Source of the DNA: Terrimicrobiaceae bacterium
GTDB lineage: Bacteria > Verrucomicrobiota > Verrucomicrobiia > Chthoniobacterales > Terrimicrobiaceae
Direction of reading: 5' to 3'
NCBI GenBank assembly: GCA_041741775.1
Contig: JBGSJQ010000095.1
Span: 4,154 to 68,153, forward strand
DNA: 64,000 bases
A program made the translations under genes and the position numbers. The notes under the pieces were generated by a model, which saw only the letters and a program-made list of their open reading frames with translations, was not told the DNA's origin and did not search any database. Below, piece after piece: positions 43,217-53,576 of the stretch. The first letter of the stretch is position 1. Each line of letters opens with the position of its first letter.

Positions 43217-45613
43217 CTAAAAATAGCGGTTTAGGATCGAGATCCAAGCCACGCACTGAACCCCGAGGGCTCCAATACAAAATACCGCCCGCCCCGGCAA
43301 TCGCAGGCGGGCGGGTACCCGGGACAAGGTGCGTCGCCATCCTTCAAAGGCGGGGACCAGTGCGAATAAATACAGCGCGACAAGATACCTGCCATGCACC
43401 CCAAATCCAGACACATGGTAACCTGCGGCGACTGCAACCGCGCAGAGAGCCAATGCGATGAAGGTCCCGGCAAACAGCCCCATCCTCCCCGACGTTTCAC
43501 GTTCCCGCCACAAGTTCAGAAAAAGCAGAACCAGCCCGATTCCCATCCCCAGGCGCAGAGATTGCACAAGCCCCTCGGGAAGCGGTGTGTCGAGCCAACC
43601 GAATTCTCCCCAGAATGAACGCACAACAAGCCAGTCCGAAGACCCGGGACCGAACCCCTCGAAGAAAGAATATAGGACTTTCAACATGTAGTTGACGATT
43701 CCTCCCGAGTCGTGAACCTCCGGGATTTGCACGGTGGGCGCAATGAGAAGAAAACCAAAGCACAGAACGAGCAGAGCCATCAAAACCGCGCGGAGGGGTC
43801 GCAGAAGCGGAGAGGATCGCAAGCCGAAACCAGCCAGGCAACCGGCCACCGAAGCCAGTGTGAAAGGCACCACAAATCCGATGGCAACAAAGACCTGCGG
43901 GTCCACCCATCGCAGCCCGGACCCCTCAAGCAGCCGGTTCACATGCCAGGTCAGAAACTCCGGGATAACCCGGGAACTCCCAGTCATTGTCCATATAACC
44001 AGCCATCCGGCGCTCATGGCTGCCAGAAAGGCCGCCACGAACCGGGCCTCCTCGCGGAATAGCTTGCTAAGTGCTTCCGCCCGCAACCCTCTCAAAAAAC
44101 AACAAATGGGAAAGAGCACCATCCAAAACGCCGCGCTGAAAAGCCCGTTGTCAGACGCTCCAATGGCCATGACGACGCCCGAGCCAGCAAGGAAGCCAGC
44201 CCCCATCTGGAGCCGGCGCGAGGCCTTGCCAATATCCGCACCCCACAGCAACCCGAGCGCAACCGACTGCAAGACATAACCCCCGATGAGAAACGGATAA
44301 TTCGAAACCGCAGTCCCAAAAAAAATCACCGATGGAACGAAGACGACCGGAGCTGCAAGCCACACGGACGGCAAACCGGGCTGAACCACCCAGGCAGCGA
44401 GCGTCAGAGCCAATGCAAGGCAGGCCGTGAGGTAACAAATATTGGAGATCCGAAGTTCGAGAAGGGCCCTGCCGGCCGATGTTGGCCCAAGCCATGAGCC
44501 AACAAGGGTCCAGACGATGCGCGCGACAGGCGAGCGATTGATATCATTCCGCAGCACGTGCGAGGCCCAGGCCTCGGACATCGGATGCCCGACATCCGTG
44601 GCCGCAAACTTCTCCTCCTCTCGAAATTTCATCCGCTCAAAGTGCCCCCGGTTTGCAAGCTTGAGCGCGTCGAGGGCCAGGGGGCTCAGGTCCCCTCCAG
44701 ACATGGCATACGCGTAAGTCAGGAAGTGATCCGCCTCGTCCGGCGCTTGAAAGGGAGGAATAAGGATGACATAGACGAGCCCGAGTGCGAAGAGAACGCA
44801 GGAGACGCCCAGGATCAGCGCCGCACGGGCCGATTCAAACTTTAACAGAAGAAAGGTGCCGCCGATCATTGCCAGGAGAGAGGCGCTGATCGCCAGATAA
44901 ACCGCAGAGGAACTTGAAGTTCCCCACATTTCTGCGAGAAGCCTGGCTCGGGAACACGAGGGTTGGCCGGTTGACGGCCCCTCCCGCCATCCATAGATGC
45001 TGGCAAATCCCAACTCCTGACCTGCGGGCTCCACAGGGCTCCAGAGGTCTCTGGAAACCGGCGCATCCCGTGACTGTTCGCTCCAGAAGGCCATGTAGGA
45101 GCTGCCACGGCTGAGAATATTCACTTCCACATCGGCACTCTCAATACTCCCCATGTTGGCCGAAAACCGCTTCCTTCGAAACTCAACCTGTTGGTTGCCG
45201 CTGAGGACCGTGCCCGGAACGACGCGAAAGTCGGCAAGTTCTGCGCCGGTCGCTGCGTCCTTGACAACCAGCTTCGCTGAAACAATTTGAATTTTGGTGC
45301 CGCAGGCCACCAGCTGAAGAAAGATTTTTGAGGCTTGGGAGGAGAGGGCCGCTGGAGATGAGCATTTGAACGTGGCGGTGTGGCGGTGGGCTCCTTCGGG
45401 GCCCTCTTCACGCCGGAGCACGAAGGGAAGTTTTTTGTGCGTCGTGGGGCCGGCCTCGAAAGGTAAGTAAAAAAATGCCTCCCCGCGCGTCCTGGCGCCG
45501 TCGCCTGAAAGCCAGAAGAGCAATAGAAAATAGCCGAAAAGCACCGCAAGGACTGCGGGCACCCAGGGCTTGGAGAGGCAATTTTCCAGGCAACCCAACC
45601 TTGGCCTCATCAT
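43217..45613 (-). CDS. Polytopic membrane protein, DUF2142/GT-C-like, with an N-terminal extracytoplasmic domain of about 250 aa
   Basis: PPFQAPDEADHF motif and at least 10 TM helices. I chose the start at 45613 (MMRPRLG...) for its ATGA overlap with the upstream stop. The ORF track start is 45652. Confidence 0.65.
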   Translation of the reverse strand: MMRPRLGCLENCLSKPWVPAVLAVLFGYFLLLFWLSGDGARTRGEAFFYLPFEAGPTTHKKLPFVLRREEGPEGAHRHTATFKCSSPAALSSQASKIFLQLVACGTKIQIVSAKLVVKDAATGAELADFRVVPGTVLSGNQQVEFRRKRFSANMGSIESADVEVNILSRGSSYMAFWSEQSRDAPVSRDLWSPVEPAGQELGFASIYGWREGPSTGQPSCSRARLLAEMWGTSSSSAVYLAISASLLAMIGGTFLLLKFESARAALILGVSCVLFALGLVYVILIPPFQAPDEADHFLTYAYAMSGGDLSPLALDALKLANRGHFERMKFREEEKFAATDVGHPMSEAWASHVLRNDINRSPVARIVWTLVGSWLGPTSAGRALLELRISNICYLTACLALALTLAAWVVQPGLPSVWLAAPVVFVPSVIFFGTAVSNYPFLIGGYVLQSVALGLLWGADIGKASRRLQMGAGFLAGSGVVMAIGASDNGLFSAAFWMVLFPICCFLRGLRAEALSKLFREEARFVAAFLAAMSAGWLVIWTMTGSSRVIPEFLTWHVNRLLEGSGLRWVDPQVFVAIGFVVPFTLASVAGCLAGFGLRSSPLLRPLRAVLMALLVLCFGFLLIAPTVQIPEVHDSGGIVNYMLKVLYSFFEGFGPGSSDWLVVRSFWGEFGWLDTPLPEGLVQSLRLGMGIGLVLLFLNLWRERETSGRMGLFAGTFIALALCAVAVAAGYHVSGFGVHGRYLVALYLFALVPAFEGWRRTLSRVPARLRLPGRAVFCIGALGVQCVAWISILNRYF

Positions 45614-47505
45614 TCCTTGAAACTGTAGTTGGGAATGAGCCCCCGTATCCATGCCTTCAGCTCCGCCGGGGGCGTGGAAGTCAGCGAAGCCCGGATCTCC
45701 TCGAATGAAGCATCGACATCCGGAAGCTCGTCCGCCGGAAGGATGAGTTTCCGGATCTTCGGATGGTGCGTTGGAGAGAGCACCTCGTTCCCATAAGTCA
45801 CTTCCTCAAACATTTTTTCACCGGGACGCAAGCCGGTGAACCGGATTTCTATGTCCTTGTCAGGACGCAGGCCGGAAAGCTCGATGAGTTGACGGGCGAC
45901 ATCGACAATCCGCATCGGCTCACCCATATCCAGAACAAGGACATCCCCGCCTTCCCCTTCGGCAGCGCATTGAAGAACAAGACCCACCGCTTCGGGGATT
46001 GTCATAAAGAAGCGCGTGACGTCCGGATGGGTCACCGTCACCGGTCCGCCCGCTGCGATCTGCTTTTGAAAGATCGGAATCACGCTGCCCGAGGAACCCA
46101 GAACGTTTCCGAAGCGGACCGTGAGGAACTTGGTCCGGCACCCGGGGCTGCGCTGGAGGCGCTGGAGGGTAATCTCTGCAAGCCGCTTCGTGGCACCCAT
46201 GACATTTGTCGGGTGCACGGCCTTGTCGCTGGAGATGAGCACAAATTTCTCGACCCCGTGGTGCATGGCCAGTTGGGCGACTGTCCTCGTCCCGAGAAGG
46301 TTGTTGTGGATTGCCTCGGCCGGGTGCGATTCCATCATCGGCACATGCTTGTGGGCGGCGGCATGAAAAATCACCGAGGGGTGATGAGCACGGATCACAT
46401 CGCCGACCCTCTCGCTGTCGTTGATGTCGGCAGGAAAAGCCGTGATCACATCGGGGGAATGCAGCTTGAGCAGCTCCTGCTCGATTTGAAAGAGGGCCGC
46501 TTCCGAGCGTTCGAGAAGAATGACCTGCGCGGGTTCGAAGGATGCCACCTGGCGGCACAGCTCGCTGCCGATGCTGCCCCCGGCTCCCGTGACCAAAACA
46601 ACCCGGCCTTTTACCATCTGCCGGATATTTTCCGCATTGAGATTCACCGCATCCCTTCCCAGCAGATCCTCGATCTGGACATGCCGGAGACTCAGAACGG
46701 AGGCGCCGGACTTCAGCGAAAGGGCAAAGGGCGGCAGGATGTCATGCTCAAGATCGTTCGCATTCAGGAGGGCGACGATCTCGCGGATTTTTTCGGCCGG
46801 GGCATTCGGCATGGCGATGATCGCCTTGCCGATCTGCACATCACGCTTCACACGCGCTATGTCATCCGGCCTCCCCACAACGGGCACCCCATGCAGAAGC
46901 GTTCCACGTTTGCGCGGGTCGTCGTCCAGATAGCACAGGACCTTCATGTTCAGGCCGGGCCGCGCGCGAATCTCGCTGTGCAGCCTTGCCCCGCTGTTCC
47001 CCGCCCCGATGATCGCGACCCGCTTCATGTGGGCATTGTGATTCCCCTCTTCCGAGAGCTTCTCGCGAATGACCCGAAAACCCGTGCGCAGAGCGGCGAT
47101 GACAGTGAAACACAGGATGGCGTCGAGGATTATGATGCTCCGGGGAGGAATGAAGTCCACATACGGCGTGTAACGAAGGGCTAGCAAAAGGCACGCTGGA
47201 ACGGCCACCGCAAAGAAGAGACGCTTCAGATCGGGGAGACTGAAATATGTCAAAAGACTGCGAAATTGCCCGAAAAAAAACAGGACCGCCAACTGGAGCG
47301 GAAGAACAATGGCGAGCAGCTTCGGCCATCTTGCGAACTGGTCCGCGGGGACATCGAAATCAAACCGGACCAGGTAGCTGAGTAGGAGGGAACCCGTGAT
47401 GATGGCCGCGTATATGAAAAAGAGCATCGCAGCCCGCGCAGTGGGAGTTAGGGATGTCAATCTGTCAGTCAATTTTGCCATGAATGTTTGATTGCGCAAT
47501 GTCAT
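45610..47505 (-). CDS. Polysaccharide biosynthesis protein CapD/WbpM/PglF-type (membrane-bound UDP-HexNAc 4,6-dehydratase)
   Basis: 4 N-terminal TM helices, RVAIIGAGNSG, VLVTGAGGSIGSEL, and SSDKAV...MGATKRLAE. The start is either 47505 (ATGA overlap) or 47481 (MAKLTDRL). Confidence 0.9.
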   Translation of the reverse strand: MTLRNQTFMAKLTDRLTSLTPTARAAMLFFIYAAIITGSLLLSYLVRFDFDVPADQFARWPKLLAIVLPLQLAVLFFFGQFRSLLTYFSLPDLKRLFFAVAVPACLLLALRYTPYVDFIPPRSIIILDAILCFTVIAALRTGFRVIREKLSEEGNHNAHMKRVAIIGAGNSGARLHSEIRARPGLNMKVLCYLDDDPRKRGTLLHGVPVVGRPDDIARVKRDVQIGKAIIAMPNAPAEKIREIVALLNANDLEHDILPPFALSLKSGASVLSLRHVQIEDLLGRDAVNLNAENIRQMVKGRVVLVTGAGGSIGSELCRQVASFEPAQVILLERSEAALFQIEQELLKLHSPDVITAFPADINDSERVGDVIRAHHPSVIFHAAAHKHVPMMESHPAEAIHNNLLGTRTVAQLAMHHGVEKFVLISSDKAVHPTNVMGATKRLAEITLQRLQRSPGCRTKFLTVRFGNVLGSSGSVIPIFQKQIAAGGPVTVTHPDVTRFFMTIPEAVGLVLQCAAEGEGGDVLVLDMGEPMRIVDVARQLIELSGLRPDKDIEIRFTGLRPGEKMFEEVTYGNEVLSPTHHPKIRKLILPADELPDVDASFEEIRASLTSTPPAELKAWIRGLIPNYSFKE

Positions 47506-48464
47506 CTTGCCACCGTGCGCCGGAGCCCTTCGTCCACGCCGATGAGCGGCTTCCAGCCAACCCGCTCGAATGTCCTCGAGGAATCCACAAACAGGTTGCC
47601 GCACAATTTTCGGAAAACATCCATCCCAAACAGGAAGTCCATCGAGAGCAGAAGCGACTTGGGGAAAGGAATCAACCGGCAGGGCGACTGCGTGACTTTG
47701 GCAATCCTCCGGATGAGCTCCGGCGTGGATAAATCCTCTCCGTCGCTGATCAGCAGGGGCAAGCCGACCGCTCCCGGTGCATGGATGCAATTCAAAATCA
47801 GAGAAACCAGATTGTCTATGCTGACAAGGCTTCGCTTGTTGCGGATCGACCTCAAAGGAATCGGAATGCCGGACTCGACCCAGCGGATCAGGCGAAACAT
47901 GTTCGCGACATTGCGGGGGCCATACACGAGGGGCGGGCGGATGATGACCAGCTCGATGTCCGACTGGTCGAGTTCCTCGCGCAAGACTAGCTCGGCCATG
48001 AGCTTGCTGCGCCCGTAGTCGGTATCTGGAAACGGGACGGTGGATTCGCTGATGGCAGCCGGGCTGTGGCTGGCGACAGCCCCGATGCTGCTGACGAAGA
48101 TCATTCTCCGAACTCCAATCCGGCGCGCTTCGGTAGCCAGCAGACGGGCATTCGTGATATTGGCGGTCTCAAGCGCCAGGGCGATATCAGACTTTTTGAT
48201 CATCCCAATCATCCCAATCCCCTCGGCCTTCCAATGGAAGTGAGCCAGCCCCGCAAGATGAACAATCGTGTCGATGCCGTCCGCCGTCCCGCGCCAGTCG
48301 CAAAGCATTCCGCTGCTGGGCAGCGTGACCCATTCCACCCCGGAGAGTTCGCCCGGCCGGCGGCTGGCTGCCCGCACGGCATATTCGGACGCCCGCAATG
48401 CTGGGATCAAGGCCGAGGCGATGAAGCCGGTGGCACCGGTGACGAGAATTTTTGTGGATGGCAC
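47502..48464 (-). CDS. NAD-dependent epimerase/dehydratase family protein (WbpK-like)
   Basis: KILVTGATGFIASAL and the YGRSK catalytic motif. 320 aa. Confidence 0.85.
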   Translation of the reverse strand: MPSTKILVTGATGFIASALIPALRASEYAVRAASRRPGELSGVEWVTLPSSGMLCDWRGTADGIDTIVHLAGLAHFHWKAEGIGMIGMIKKSDIALALETANITNARLLATEARRIGVRRMIFVSSIGAVASHSPAAISESTVPFPDTDYGRSKLMAELVLREELDQSDIELVIIRPPLVYGPRNVANMFRLIRWVESGIPIPLRSIRNKRSLVSIDNLVSLILNCIHAPGAVGLPLLISDGEDLSTPELIRRIAKVTQSPCRLIPFPKSLLLSMDFLFGMDVFRKLCGNLFVDSSRTFERVGWKPLIGVDEGLRRTVAR

Positions 48465-48501
48465 GATGAGAGGATCAGCGTTGGATAGGATCCACCTTTG
48501 C

Positions 48502-49335
48502 TCAGAGCGGGAGCCCTTTTTTCAGCCGGAGCCTTTCGGCAATTTTCACGACGATCATAAATTCATAAAAAGCGTAAAGGAGGCAAAACACGAGCGATTC
48601 TTTTCCCTCCAGCCAGCCTCCGCGCAGGAAATACATGTGGACGAAACGGGCTGGCGGCCTCAGAGGCCAGAAACGCGCCGCAGCGAGCCGCAGGCGGAGT
48701 TTTCGGGAGGTGGCCAGTGACGCCGCATTGCCAGATTCGAGAAACTCCACAACTCTCTGCGCATCCCAGTCGGAATACCGTTCGTGGCGGGCCAGCCAGT
48801 CGGAGAATCCCTTGGAATTGGCATGGTGCTCGTACGGAACAGGGATTTTTCCAATTTTTCCGCCGCCGCTGAAATGTTCCCAGACCCCTCCCTCAAACCG
48901 GATGCTGCCGACGCGCACCAGGCGGGGATGCCAGTTCGGGAAGCCCTGTGTCCGCTTGAGCCAACGCCCCCAAAAGAGATAGCGGGGAGTCATTTCGTAA
49001 GCTTCAAAGCCCGCTTCAGGAGCAACCGCCCTGAGGATTTCGGGAACGAGGTCGGCGGGGACCGTCTCATCGGCATCGAGAAAAAGCACCCAGTCGCCGC
49101 GCGAAAAACCACAGTTTTCAAGGCACCAGTTCCGTTGCCTGCTAATGAGAAACTCCCCCTCCTGCCGACGAGTAAAGACCTCAGCCCCCAAAGCGGCGGC
49201 CGCTTCCGGCGTCCCGTCGGTACTTCCAGAATCTACCACGCAAATGCTTTTGCACCAGCGAAGCGAATCGACGCATCTCGCCATGTTGGGACGCTCATTG
49301 AGCGTCAGGATCACCGCATGGATAGTGCCCCTCAT
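48502..49335 (-). CDS. Glycosyltransferase family 2
   Basis: HAVILTLNERPNMARCVDSL...VVDSGSTDGT and LDADE. Confidence 0.85.
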   Translation of the reverse strand: MRGTIHAVILTLNERPNMARCVDSLRWCKSICVVDSGSTDGTPEAAAALGAEVFTRRQEGEFLISRQRNWCLENCGFSRGDWVLFLDADETVPADLVPEILRAVAPEAGFEAYEMTPRYLFWGRWLKRTQGFPNWHPRLVRVGSIRFEGGVWEHFSGGGKIGKIPVPYEHHANSKGFSDWLARHERYSDWDAQRVVEFLESGNAASLATSRKLRLRLAAARFWPLRPPARFVHMYFLRGGWLEGKESLVFCLLYAFYEFMIVVKIAERLRLKKGLPL

Positions 49336-49346
49336 GGCGTCATTTT

Positions 49347-50492
49347 TCAGCAGCCAGCCAATTTTTGTGTCATTGTCGCCTCAAACAACTCGGCGACTTT
49401 GTCAGACCCCAGTAGATTTCGCGTCCTTTCCGAGCGACGCAGCCGTAGGCCTTCGGCGTCCCGACCGTCTTGGACGAGGCGGCGGATTTCGCGGCTCCAA
49501 ATACCAGCCTTCCGGGGCAGACCTGGCTCGTCCAGCCACGGGGCAGCTCCCACCGCATCGGAAACCAAAGCCCGGCATCCGCAGGCGGCGGCTTCCACAG
49601 CGACATTCCCAAAGTTTTCGTGGAGGCTTGGCATGAGCAGGCAGTCGCTGCCTGCATAGGCGGCCCGGACATCCAGCGGGGGCACCGCATCCAGCCAGAC
49701 GGCCCGCTCCTCGAGTCCGAGCGTCCGGAGGCGCGCCTGCAATCCAGAGCGAACGCCATCGCGGTCGTCGCCAATGACGACCCACTTCCAGTTCCCTTCC
49801 ACTTTTGAAATGGCCTCCGGCAGCAGTTCCAGTCCTTTCTTATGGTGCAGGCGCCCGCAGCTCAGTAGAACAAATTCCGTTTCCCCAAGCCCCAACCGGC
49901 TCCGCCAAGCATGCCCTTCGTCGGGGATCTGCAACCAAAGATCCGTGTCCAAAGGATTGGGAATCACCCGGACATTTTTTACCCATCCCAGGTGTTTCAA
50001 CTCTTCTTCCTCCATCGGGGCGGTTGCATGAATCCATGCCGCATGGGAAAGATGCCCCTTCTCCCGGAGGGCATAATATCCCATCTTCAGTAGGCGATTT
50101 CTGGTCCAAGCATAGGCTCCAAGCGCTCCGTGCGGGGAAAGTCCGTAAGGAACTTTCACCTCTCTGGCTACGCGCGTCGCCACGTTGCCGGTGGGCTGCC
50201 AAACCCCGGCGATATGGACGATATCCGCACGGGCAAAATGCTCCCGGCAGGCAGCTTCATATCCCCGGCTCCCGATTCGGCCGCTCTTCCCGAGAATCTC
50301 TCCCGCCACCCGGATAACCCGAACCCCCTGAAGTTCTTCCTCAGGCAGGCGGTCACCGCCCGGGCGCGTTGTCACGACAGTCACCCGGTGCCCTCGCCGT
50401 GCGAGCGCGGAGAAAAGCTGCACGGCCCATGTCACGACCCCACCCCATTCCCAGTCGGGTGCATACAGCGGTGTGGCGAGAACGACTCTCAT
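49347..50492 (-). CDS. Glycosyltransferase family 4
   Basis: Internal ATG at 50492 (MRVVLATPLYAPDWEWGGVVTW...) forms an ATGA overlap with the upstream stop. The C-terminus reads MPSLHENFGNVAVEAAACG. Confidence 0.85.
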   Translation of the reverse strand: MRVVLATPLYAPDWEWGGVVTWAVQLFSALARRGHRVTVVTTRPGGDRLPEEELQGVRVIRVAGEILGKSGRIGSRGYEAACREHFARADIVHIAGVWQPTGNVATRVAREVKVPYGLSPHGALGAYAWTRNRLLKMGYYALREKGHLSHAAWIHATAPMEEEELKHLGWVKNVRVIPNPLDTDLWLQIPDEGHAWRSRLGLGETEFVLLSCGRLHHKKGLELLPEAISKVEGNWKWVVIGDDRDGVRSGLQARLRTLGLEERAVWLDAVPPLDVRAAYAGSDCLLMPSLHENFGNVAVEAAACGCRALVSDAVGAAPWLDEPGLPRKAGIWSREIRRLVQDGRDAEGLRLRRSERTRNLLGSDKVAELFEATMTQKLAGC

Positions 50493-51604
50493 TCGGCCAC
50501 CGGCGCAAAGCACTTTTCCATCACGTCGGTCAGGCGATGGATGACCGCCTCCTGGGTGAAGATCTTCCGGTATCTTTCCCATCCTGCCGCTCCCAGGCGT
50601 CGACGCAAGCAGTCGTCTTCCAGCAACCGGGCAATGGCATTTCCTATCTCTTGAGGAGAATCTGCATCGACCGCATATCCTGTCACACCATCCTCAACGA
50701 CCTCCCTGGAGGCATCCTGATTCCCGCAGACGCAGGCCAATCCGCGAGCCATGGCTTCGACAAAAACCAACCCGAAACCCTCCTGCTTCGAGGGCATGGC
50801 AAAAACATCCGTTTGGGCATAAACACGGGCCAGTTCGTCATCCGGGATTCTTCCCAAAAAGCAAACCTTCGCTTCAGGTGCTCGTGTTGCTGCGAATTGC
50901 TCCAGATCGGCACGGTCATCTCCGTCTCCGACGATCTCCAGTGTCGCGCCGGGGACTCGTTTTGCGACATGTCGCATCGCCAAAATCAGCTCGCGAACAT
51001 TCTTTGTCACGCAATGTTTGGTTAACCGCGTCACCAGCAAAACGCGACCGGTCGAATTCCGCGGAGCATCGAATTCCGGCGGAGGAACCCCGCCGCCCAT
51101 CAGCCCGAGCGGCAACACCTCCGATGGCACGTCGCGAAGATCCGGATTGTTTTTCAAACACTCGGTTAATGTAAAATCGGAGATGGAGATGAGGCGGTTC
51201 ATGCCGCGAATTCCCCAGCGGGTTCGCGCTCTGAGGCGGCCCCAGACATCGACTCCGTAGAAGTAAACGACCGTTGGGCATCCCGCGCGACGGGACAGCA
51301 GACGGGCCACCGGAGTCAGGCCGGCATGCATGCAAACCACGGCCCCGACGTCCCCGGCCGGAACCATCAGCGCCTGAAGCATCATGTGCGGGTAATTTCG
51401 GCCGAAACAGCGTCCTCTGGGCTGTTTGCCGGTCTCGTTGGCCGACCAGACTTCCAAGAGGAATCCAAGGCCCTCGGCGATTTTGCCGACCATCTCCGAA
51501 ACGCGCCCAATCCCATTGAGCCGCCCGTCGAAGTATTCCGGGCAAAGCAGAATACACCGGCGGCCTGGTTTGCGCGTCGTAACCGAAGGAATGTTTTGCA
51601 TCAT
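50489..51604 (-). CDS. Glycosyltransferase family 4
   Basis: MPSKQEGFGLVFVEAMARGLACVCGNQDASREVVEDGVTGY (E-x7-E). Confidence 0.85.
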   Translation of the reverse strand: MMQNIPSVTTRKPGRRCILLCPEYFDGRLNGIGRVSEMVGKIAEGLGFLLEVWSANETGKQPRGRCFGRNYPHMMLQALMVPAGDVGAVVCMHAGLTPVARLLSRRAGCPTVVYFYGVDVWGRLRARTRWGIRGMNRLISISDFTLTECLKNNPDLRDVPSEVLPLGLMGGGVPPPEFDAPRNSTGRVLLVTRLTKHCVTKNVRELILAMRHVAKRVPGATLEIVGDGDDRADLEQFAATRAPEAKVCFLGRIPDDELARVYAQTDVFAMPSKQEGFGLVFVEAMARGLACVCGNQDASREVVEDGVTGYAVDADSPQEIGNAIARLLEDDCLRRRLGAAGWERYRKIFTQEAVIHRLTDVMEKCFAPVAE

Positions 51605-52410
51605 TTTGAGTCAGGCTGCTGCCGCACGCACTGGAGATAGCCAAGATTCCCATGCGGTTGTTGCGAGACTTGAAACCCATGGCCCCGAAGGATCTCACCC
51701 AGCCCGGAACCCTGCGCCCAAGAGCCGTGATACTCCAGACTGATGCGTTTTACCCGGCGCAGCCAGGTTGCCTCCGGAGTTATCAGAGTGTATTCTCCGC
51801 CCTCAATGTCGCACTTCAAAAAGTCACACGCTCCAACCTCCGCCATGTAGGATTCCGGCGAAAACCGCACGACATTTCGATCTCCGGCGGCCAACTCCCG
51901 GATGAAGTCGGTCTCCTCTCCCGCATAGGCGTTGTGAAGTGAGGCTCGCGCCGAGAATCCGGCGCTCTCGATATTTGACCTCGCTGCCGCAATAAGCTTT
52001 GACTGGACCTCCACTGCGACCACGCGTGAATTCGGCGCGTTGGCCAGACAAAAAACAGTGAAGACCCCGCAGTTGGATCCCAGGTCCAGAATCGTCCGGC
52101 AGTCCCGGAGATCCATCGCGCGCACGTAACACTCACCACCGACAATTTCACGAACGAGGCCGAGCGGACATTGCCCGAGGGAAAACACTCGTCCCCCCGT
52201 CCGTAACCGGACGCCATCCCCCCACGCTTCATCGACAATTCCGAGGCTTCCGGACCGCACGACTTTCGGTGAAAGCACCATCAAAAGCCAAAGCCATTTG
52301 AAAAAGGAGCGCGGCTCGAGGACAAAGGACAGATTGCGGGCCTCTGTCGCCAGCTTGAGAAGTTTCGTCATTTTACTTGGGGCCTCCCGGCGATACATCC
52401 GGGTAGGCAA
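51601..52410 (-). CDS. FkbM family methyltransferase
   Basis: ILDLGSNCGVFT and DFLKCDIEGGEY. An alternative start at 52371 (MTKLLKL) would remove the overlap with the upstream gene. Confidence 0.8.
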   Translation of the reverse strand: MPTRMYRREAPSKMTKLLKLATEARNLSFVLEPRSFFKWLWLLMVLSPKVVRSGSLGIVDEAWGDGVRLRTGGRVFSLGQCPLGLVREIVGGECYVRAMDLRDCRTILDLGSNCGVFTVFCLANAPNSRVVAVEVQSKLIAAARSNIESAGFSARASLHNAYAGEETDFIRELAAGDRNVVRFSPESYMAEVGACDFLKCDIEGGEYTLITPEATWLRRVKRISLEYHGSWAQGSGLGEILRGHGFQVSQQPHGNLGYLQCVRQQPDSK

Positions 52411-53458
52411 CGCCTGCGGAGAAATACTCAGGGTGGCTTTTCTGGATTACGTCTGCCACGATCTCATGTCCGGCGGCCGTAAAATGGATGTCTTTATTAA
52501 AAAACAGTTTTCCGGGGCCGATTATTTTTCGTGTTTTCAGGAACGGCTCATCCAGGTCCAGGTAGTCCACTCCGTTCTCGCGGCACCACGCGGCAACTCG
52601 TGAGATGAACGGGCGCGGCCCATCGCTCGGATCACCCAAAATATCAGCCCGGCGGGAGGGGACAGCCAGGATCGTGAACTGCGCCCCAGTCTCCTCGACG
52701 TCCTTTTTAAGGCCGAGGATCATCCGGGAAGTTAAAGGGGAAATGTCCGGGCTCACTTCTTGATATTGCCCTGCGTTGGCAACTCTTGGATCGTTTTTCG
52801 CGTTGATGCCGGCCCGGATTTTGATGAACGCGAACCGGAGTGTGCGAAAAAGAGAACTCCTCCTGAGCAGAGCCGATAAGGGTGGCTCGGGAGACCCTGT
52901 TATTTTCTGTGGAAACCCATCAGGGCCGAACTCGGCTTTCGTGGCATAGACGGCGTCGTCGTTCACATCGTTCTCATAGAGCAAAAGGAAGACATGAACA
53001 GGATGGGTTGCCTGAATCTGATTCCTCCAGAGCGGCACATAAATCATCGGGCTGTAACTGGAGACTCCCCAGTTTGAAAAATGCACGTCTGGAGCTGCTT
53101 GGGCGTTGAGGCGACCAGCAAAGCTTGCCGCATAGGCCACCTGGCAGGACTCAACAAATGAATCCCCAACGAGAGCCACCTCGCGCGGGAAGCGGGACGG
53201 ATCGTTCGTCAACGGCTTTTCGGGATCAGCGACAAGACCCCGCGAATCCCAATAGATGGTGAATGGTTGGAACTGGTCGTCCGGGCTGTACGCCTTGAAC
53301 GTAAAATCACGCAGATGGACATGGTCGAGGACAGGGTCAGGGACCACGGGAGCCGATGCGGGTGGAGGTCCGAGAAAACGCAGCCCGATCTCCAGCGTGG
53401 CAAGCGTTAAAACCACACTCGTGGACACCAGAAGCAATTTTGTAAGAGACTCCTTCAC
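52373..53458 (-). CDS. SGNH/GDSL hydrolase-like protein with an N-terminal membrane anchor
   Basis: LLLVSTSVVLTLATL anchor, VALVGDSFVE block I, and a C-terminal DIHFTAAGHE block. Possibly a glycan O-acyl handling enzyme. Confidence 0.6.
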   Translation of the reverse strand: MKESLTKLLLVSTSVVLTLATLEIGLRFLGPPPASAPVVPDPVLDHVHLRDFTFKAYSPDDQFQPFTIYWDSRGLVADPEKPLTNDPSRFPREVALVGDSFVESCQVAYAASFAGRLNAQAAPDVHFSNWGVSSYSPMIYVPLWRNQIQATHPVHVFLLLYENDVNDDAVYATKAEFGPDGFPQKITGSPEPPLSALLRRSSLFRTLRFAFIKIRAGINAKNDPRVANAGQYQEVSPDISPLTSRMILGLKKDVEETGAQFTILAVPSRRADILGDPSDGPRPFISRVAAWCRENGVDYLDLDEPFLKTRKIIGPGKLFFNKDIHFTAAGHEIVADVIQKSHPEYFSAGVAYPDVSPGGPK

Positions 53459-53576
53459 CTGTCGCGGGGGTTATTCAACCCGAAAAGGGATCCTCCTGTA
53501 ATGGAAAACGGAAGGCGTTTCTTTAGAGAGGCTTTCGGATTCCAGATTGTACCTCCGCTGTTCCGTCTGCGCCCAT

